DNA of 2,827 nucleotides from Enterobacteria phage CUS-3: sequence record FN394995.1; one strand, 5' to 3'. Shown piece by piece: positions 1 to 2,827 of this stretch (position 1 is its first letter; each line of letters starts with the position of its first letter). The notes under the pieces were generated by a model. It saw only the letters and a program-made list of their open reading frames with translations, ran no database searches and was not told where the DNA came from. The position numbers and the translations under genes were made by a program.

Positions 1-543
1 ATGGCGCGCCCAACAAAGTATCAAGAGGCGTATGCCGAACAGGCACGCAAACTGTGCTTGCTGGGCTACACCGATGCAGAGCTTGCTGATTTCTTCGAAG
101 TCAGTGAGTCAACTATTAACAAGTGGAAGCTTGATTATCCTGAGTTTTCGGAGTCCATAAAAAAGGGTAAGGCCGTCGCTGATGCAGAAGTTAGTGACCG
201 TCTTTATCAACGCGCTATGGGCTTCGTGGCTCCAGACATCGATATTCGTGTTATTGAAAACAGAATTGTCGAAACTCCGCTTGAGAAGTATTACCCGCCT
301 GATACAACTGCCGCCATCTTCTGGCTTAAGAACCGACAGAAGGATAAATGGCGCGACAAGGTTGATCACGAGCTAACAGGCAAAGACGGCGGCGCAATTC
401 AGATTGAAACATCACCGATGAGCACTCTGTTCGGAAAANNNNNNNNNNNNNNNNNNNNNNNNNNNNNNNNNNNNNNNNNNNNNNNNNNNNNNNNNNNNNN
501 NNNNNNNNNNNNNNNNNNNNNNNNNNNNNNNNNNNNNNTCTGA
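1..543 (+). CDS. Phage terminase small subunit (DNA-packaging protein). Only codons 1-146 (nt 1-438) are readable; the true stop lies in the masked run 439-538, and the track stop at 541-543 is valid only if the masked bases hold no stop.
   Basis: ATG at 1 opens an uninterrupted frame to the mask. The translation has an N-terminal helix-turn-helix-like segment (GYTDAELADFFEVSESTINKWKLDYPEF) followed by a basic/aromatic segment (AAIFWLKNRQKDKWRDKVDHELTGKDGGAIQIE). From memory, this resembles small terminases of P22/Sf6-like phages. No search was run. Confidence 0.65.
   Translation: MARPTKYQEAYAEQARKLCLLGYTDAELADFFEVSESTINKWKLDYPEFSESIKKGKAVADAEVSDRLYQRAMGFVAPDIDIRVIENRIVETPLEKYYPPDTTAAIFWLKNRQKDKWRDKVDHELTGKDGGAIQIETSPMSTLFGKXXXXXXXXXXXXXXXXXXXXXXXXXXXXXXXXXX
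439..538. other. Masked or undetermined sequence (100 N). It hides the 3' end of the terminase small subunit gene and whatever joins it to the tailspike fragment.
   Basis: A run of n characters is directly visible. Confidence 0.99.
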
Positions 544-1762
544 GCCATGTGTAAAATATTATGATGGCATTCTGTATCTGACGACCAGGGGGACATTAAG
601 TACTCAACCCGGTAGTTCATTGCACAGAAGCTCTGATTTAGGTACATCATGGAATTCTCTTCGCTTCCCAAATAATGTTCATCACTCAAACCTTCCTTTT
701 GCCAAAGTTGGCGATGAGCTGATTATTTTTGGCAGTGAGCGCGCATTTGGTGAGTGGGAAGGAGGAGAACCTGATAACCGTTATGCAGGAAACTATCCAA
801 GAACATTTATGACCAGAGTTAACGTCAATGAGTGGAGTCTGGATAATGTAGAGTGGGTTAATGTTACTGATCAGATTTATCAGGGCGGAATAGTTAACTC
901 TGCGGTTGGTGTTGGTTCAGTTTGTATCAAAGACAACTGGCTGTACTACATTTTCGGTGGGGAAGACTTTCTAAACCCATGGAGCATAGGGGATAACAAC
1001 AGAAAATATCCTTATGTTCACGATGGTCACNNNNNNNNNNNNNNNNNNNNNNNNNNNNNNNNNNNNNNNNNNNNNNNNNNNNNNNNNNNNNNNNNNNNNN
1101 NNNNNNNNNNNNNNNNNNNNNNNNNNNNNNNNNNNNNNNNNNNNNNNNNNNNNNNNNNNNNNNNNNNNNNNNNNNNNNNNNNNNNNNNNNNNNNNNNNNN
1201 NNNNNNNNNNNNNNNNNNNNNNNNNNNNNNNNNNNNNNNNNNNNNNNNNNNNNNNNNNNNNNNNNNNNNNNNNNNNNNNNNNNNNNNNNNNNNNNNNNNN
1301 NNNNNNNNNNNNNNNNNNNNNAGCGGCGGTGAAACAACGTCTTCAGCAGATGGTGCAATGATAACGTTGCATGGTTCCGGAAGCAGTACTCCACGTCGCG
1401 CGGTATATAACGCACTCGAACATCTTTTTGAGAACGGAGATGTTAAACCTTATCTTGATAATGTAAATGCTCTTGGTGGTCCGGGAAACAGGTTCTCGAC
1501 AGTTTATCTTGGCTCCAATCCTGTGGTTACCAGTGACGGAACATTAAAGACAGAGCCGGTCTCTCCTGACGAAGCATTGCTGGATGCCTGGGGTGACGTC
1601 AGGTATATCGCTTATAAATGGCTGAACGCTGTCGCTATAAAGGGGGAAGAAGGGGCGAGGATACATCATGGTGTAATCGCGCAGCAACTTCGTGATGTTC
1701 TTATTTCTCACGGACTCATGGAAGAAGAAAGCACAACATGCCGCTATGCCTTTCTTTGCTAT
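539..1762 (+). CDS. Tailspike protein, C-terminal portion (endosialidase-like catalytic propeller segment plus C-terminal intramolecular chaperone domain). Partial at both ends: the 5' end and most of the gene are absent or masked, the interior 1031-1321 is masked, and the stop is presumably inside the 1763-2179 mask.
   Basis: The frame beginning at 539 has no stop across 539-1030 (164 codons) and resumes in the same frame with no stop across 1322-1762 (147 codons). The 291-nt mask between them is a multiple of 3. The first segment reads SEPCVKYYDGILYLTTRGTLSTQPGSSLHRSSDLGTSWNSL...YYIFGGEDFLNPWSIGDNNRKYPYVHDGH, with an Asp-box. The second segment reads ...NALGGPGNRFSTVYLGSNPVVTSDGTLKTEPVSPDEALLDAWGDVRYIAYKWLNAVAIKGEEGARIHHGVIAQQLRDVL..., which is typical of the C-terminal auto-cleaving chaperone domains of phage tailspikes and tail fibres. 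Confidence 0.75.
629..652 (+). other. Asp-box (bacterial neuraminidase repeat) motif inside the tailspike CDS
   Basis: Codons 629-652 translate to S-S-D-L-G-T-S-W. This fits the sialidase-family consensus S-x-D-x-G-x-T-W with a conservative Thr to Ser change at position 7. Confidence 0.6.
1031..1321. other. Masked or undetermined sequence (291 N) inside the tailspike CDS. Its length is a multiple of 3, so the frame is preserved across it.
   Basis: A run of n characters is directly visible; the flanking open frames are in the same phase. Confidence 0.99.
1322..1762 (+). other. C-terminal intramolecular chaperone (auto-processing, peptidase S74-like) domain of the tailspike, with a putative autoproteolytic Ser/Asp junction at 1532-1537
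   Basis: The translation contains VVTS|DGTLKTEP (Ser codon agt at 1532-1534, Asp codon gac at 1535-1537), then DAWGDVRYIAYKW and GVIAQQLRDVL. These resemble the conserved cleavage-site and downstream blocks of the endosialidase / K5 lyase / T5 L-shaped tail fibre chaperone family. The match is by recollection of the family, not by alignment. Confidence 0.6.
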
Positions 1763-2179
1763 NNNNNNNNNNNNNNNNNNNNNNNNNNNNNNNNNNNNNN
1801 NNNNNNNNNNNNNNNNNNNNNNNNNNNNNNNNNNNNNNNNNNNNNNNNNNNNNNNNNNNNNNNNNNNNNNNNNNNNNNNNNNNNNNNNNNNNNNNNNNNN
1901 NNNNNNNNNNNNNNNNNNNNNNNNNNNNNNNNNNNNNNNNNNNNNNNNNNNNNNNNNNNNNNNNNNNNNNNNNNNNNNNNNNNNNNNNNNNNNNNNNNNN
2001 NNNNNNNNNNNNNNNNNNNNNNNNNNNNNNNNNNNNNNNNNNNNNNNNNNNNNNNNNNNNNNNNNNNNNNNNNNNNNNNNNNNNNNNNNNNNNNNNNNNN
2101 NNNNNNNNNNNNNNNNNNNNNNNNNNNNNNNNNNNNNNNNNNNNNNNNNNNNNNNNNNNNNNNNNNNNNNNNNNNNNNN
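1763..2179. other. Masked or undetermined sequence (417 N). It is expected to contain the tailspike stop codon, the intergenic region, and the 5' region of the acetyltransferase gene.
   Basis: A run of n characters is directly visible. Confidence 0.99.
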
Positions 2180-2827
2180 ATGTCGTTTTCCGTTGATGAT
2201 AATGGATCAGGTAATATTTTTGTATGTGGAGATCTTGTAAATAGCAAAGAGAATAAAGTTCAGTTCAATGGAAACAATAACAAACTTATTATAGAAGATG
2301 ATGTTGAGTGTCGATGGCTTACCGTAATATTTAGGGGTGATAATAATTACGTAAGAATACATAAAAACAGTAAGATTAAAGGTGATATTGTCGCAACAAA
2401 AGGTTCAAAAGTTATTATCGGTAGAAGAACGACAATAGGTGCAGGTTTTGAAGTCGTCACTGATAAGTGCAATGTTACAATTGGCCATGACTGCATGATA
2501 GCAAGAGATGTTATTTTGCGTGCATCAGATGGGCATCCTATATTTGATATTCATAGCAAAAAAAGGATTAATTGGGCAAAAGATATCATTATATCTAGTT
2601 ACGTATGGGTAGGGAGAAATGTCTCTATAATGAAAGGGGTATCTGTTGGAAGCGGATCTGTCATTGGGTATGGGAGTATTGTAACTAAAGATGTGCCATC
2701 TATGTGTGCAGCAGCCGGTAATCCAGCAAAAATAATAAAAAGAAATATAATATGGGCAAGAACGGATAAAGCGGAGCTAATTAGTGATGACAAGAGATGC
2801 TCCAGCTATCATGCGAAGCTCACGCAA
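2180..2827 (+). CDS. neuO: Hexapeptide-repeat (left-handed beta-helix) O-acetyltransferase, NeuO-like polysialic acid O-acetyltransferase. The 3' end is partial (no stop before the window ends), and the true 5' end may lie upstream inside the 1763-2179 mask.
   Basis: ATG at 2180 is the first readable base after the mask, and the frame stays open for 216 codons to 2827. The translation shows tandem hexapeptide repeats (IGRRTT IGAGFE VVTDKC NVTIGH DCMIAR DVILRA, and VWVGRN VSIMKG VSVGSG SVIGYG SIVTKD) and a Maa/LacA/NodL-like C-terminus (AAAGNPAKIIKRNIIW). The region is markedly AT-rich. It lies directly downstream of the sialidase-like tailspike, as neuO does in the K1 prophage CUS-3. The gene symbol is assigned from context and memory, not from a search. 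Confidence 0.7.
   Translation, partial: MSFSVDDNGSGNIFVCGDLVNSKENKVQFNGNNNKLIIEDDVECRWLTVIFRGDNNYVRIHKNSKIKGDIVATKGSKVIIGRRTTIGAGFEVVTDKCNVTIGHDCMIARDVILRASDGHPIFDIHSKKRINWAKDIIISSYVWVGRNVSIMKGVSVGSGSVIGYGSIVTKDVPSMCAAAGNPAKIIKRNIIWARTDKAELISDDKRCSSYHAKLTQ

Noticed and set aside
109-369. Minus-strand ORF of 86 aa and plus-strand ORF 182-376 of 64 aa overlapping the terminase gene
   Set aside because: Both are embedded in or antisense to a well-supported coding frame. The translations are low-complexity with no recognisable motifs, so they are typical shadow ORFs.
399-689. Minus-strand ORF of 96 aa
   Set aside because: About a third of its length is translated from masked N. The remainder is antisense to the terminase 3' end and the tailspike propeller segment.
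905-916. Tandem GTTGGT GTTGGT
   Set aside because: There are only two copies, and they encode Val-Gly-Val-Gly within the propeller segment. This is too short to be a meaningful repeat element.
927-1415. Minus-strand ORF of 162 aa and plus-strand ORF 1014-1361 of 115 aa
   Set aside because: Most of their length is masked N (shown as X). The readable ends are antisense to, or out of frame with, the tailspike coding frame. There is no independent support.
1692-2247. Plus-strand ORFs 1692-2240 and 1738-2196 and minus-strand ORF 1759-2247, each spanning the 417-nt mask
   Set aside because: They exist only because N cannot be read as a stop. The readable ends are out of frame with the supported tailspike and acetyltransferase frames.
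2599-2793. Minus-strand ORF of 64 aa inside the acetyltransferase gene
   Set aside because: It is antisense to a strongly supported hexapeptide-repeat CDS, and its hydrophobic, low-complexity translation is typical of an AT-rich antisense frame.
539-2827. One continuous open frame from 539 to the window end that would fuse tailspike propeller, chaperone domain and acetyltransferase into a single protein
   Set aside because: The continuity depends entirely on masked bases, which cannot encode stops (291 and 417 N, both multiples of 3). A chaperone domain is a C-terminal, self-removing module, and the acetyltransferase has its own ATG at 2180 and a very different base composition. Two genes with the stop and start hidden in the mask is far more plausible.

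Overview
About 29% of this 2827-nt window is N-masked (439-538, 1031-1321, 1763-2179), so several gene boundaries cannot be seen. The readable sequence holds three + strand coding segments that together look like pieces of a P22/Sf6-like temperate phage that targets the E. coli K1 polysialic acid capsule (CUS-3-like). (1) 1-438 encodes the N-terminal ~146 aa of a phage terminase small subunit. (2) 539-1030 and 1322-1762 share one reading frame and encode the C-terminal part of a tailspike: a sialidase-type beta-propeller segment with an Asp-box (SSDLGTSW), then the C-terminal intramolecular chaperone domain with a likely Ser/Asp autocleavage site. (3) 2180-2827 encodes an AT-rich left-handed beta-helix (hexapeptide-repeat) O-acetyltransferase that I read as NeuO-like; it runs off the window end. 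This module is known biology rather than an undescribed system. The most unusual points are that a terminase small subunit sits directly next to a tailspike 3' portion, which is not a native phage gene order, and that the masked interval upstream of the acetyltransferase is exactly where NeuO's phase-variable heptanucleotide repeats would lie. All minus-strand ORFs in the track look like antisense or N-spanning artefacts. No tRNA, rRNA or CRISPR array was seen in the readable parts, and the readable sequence includes no intergenic region, so promoters and terminators could not be assessed. All functional calls come from reading the translations by eye; no database search was possible.
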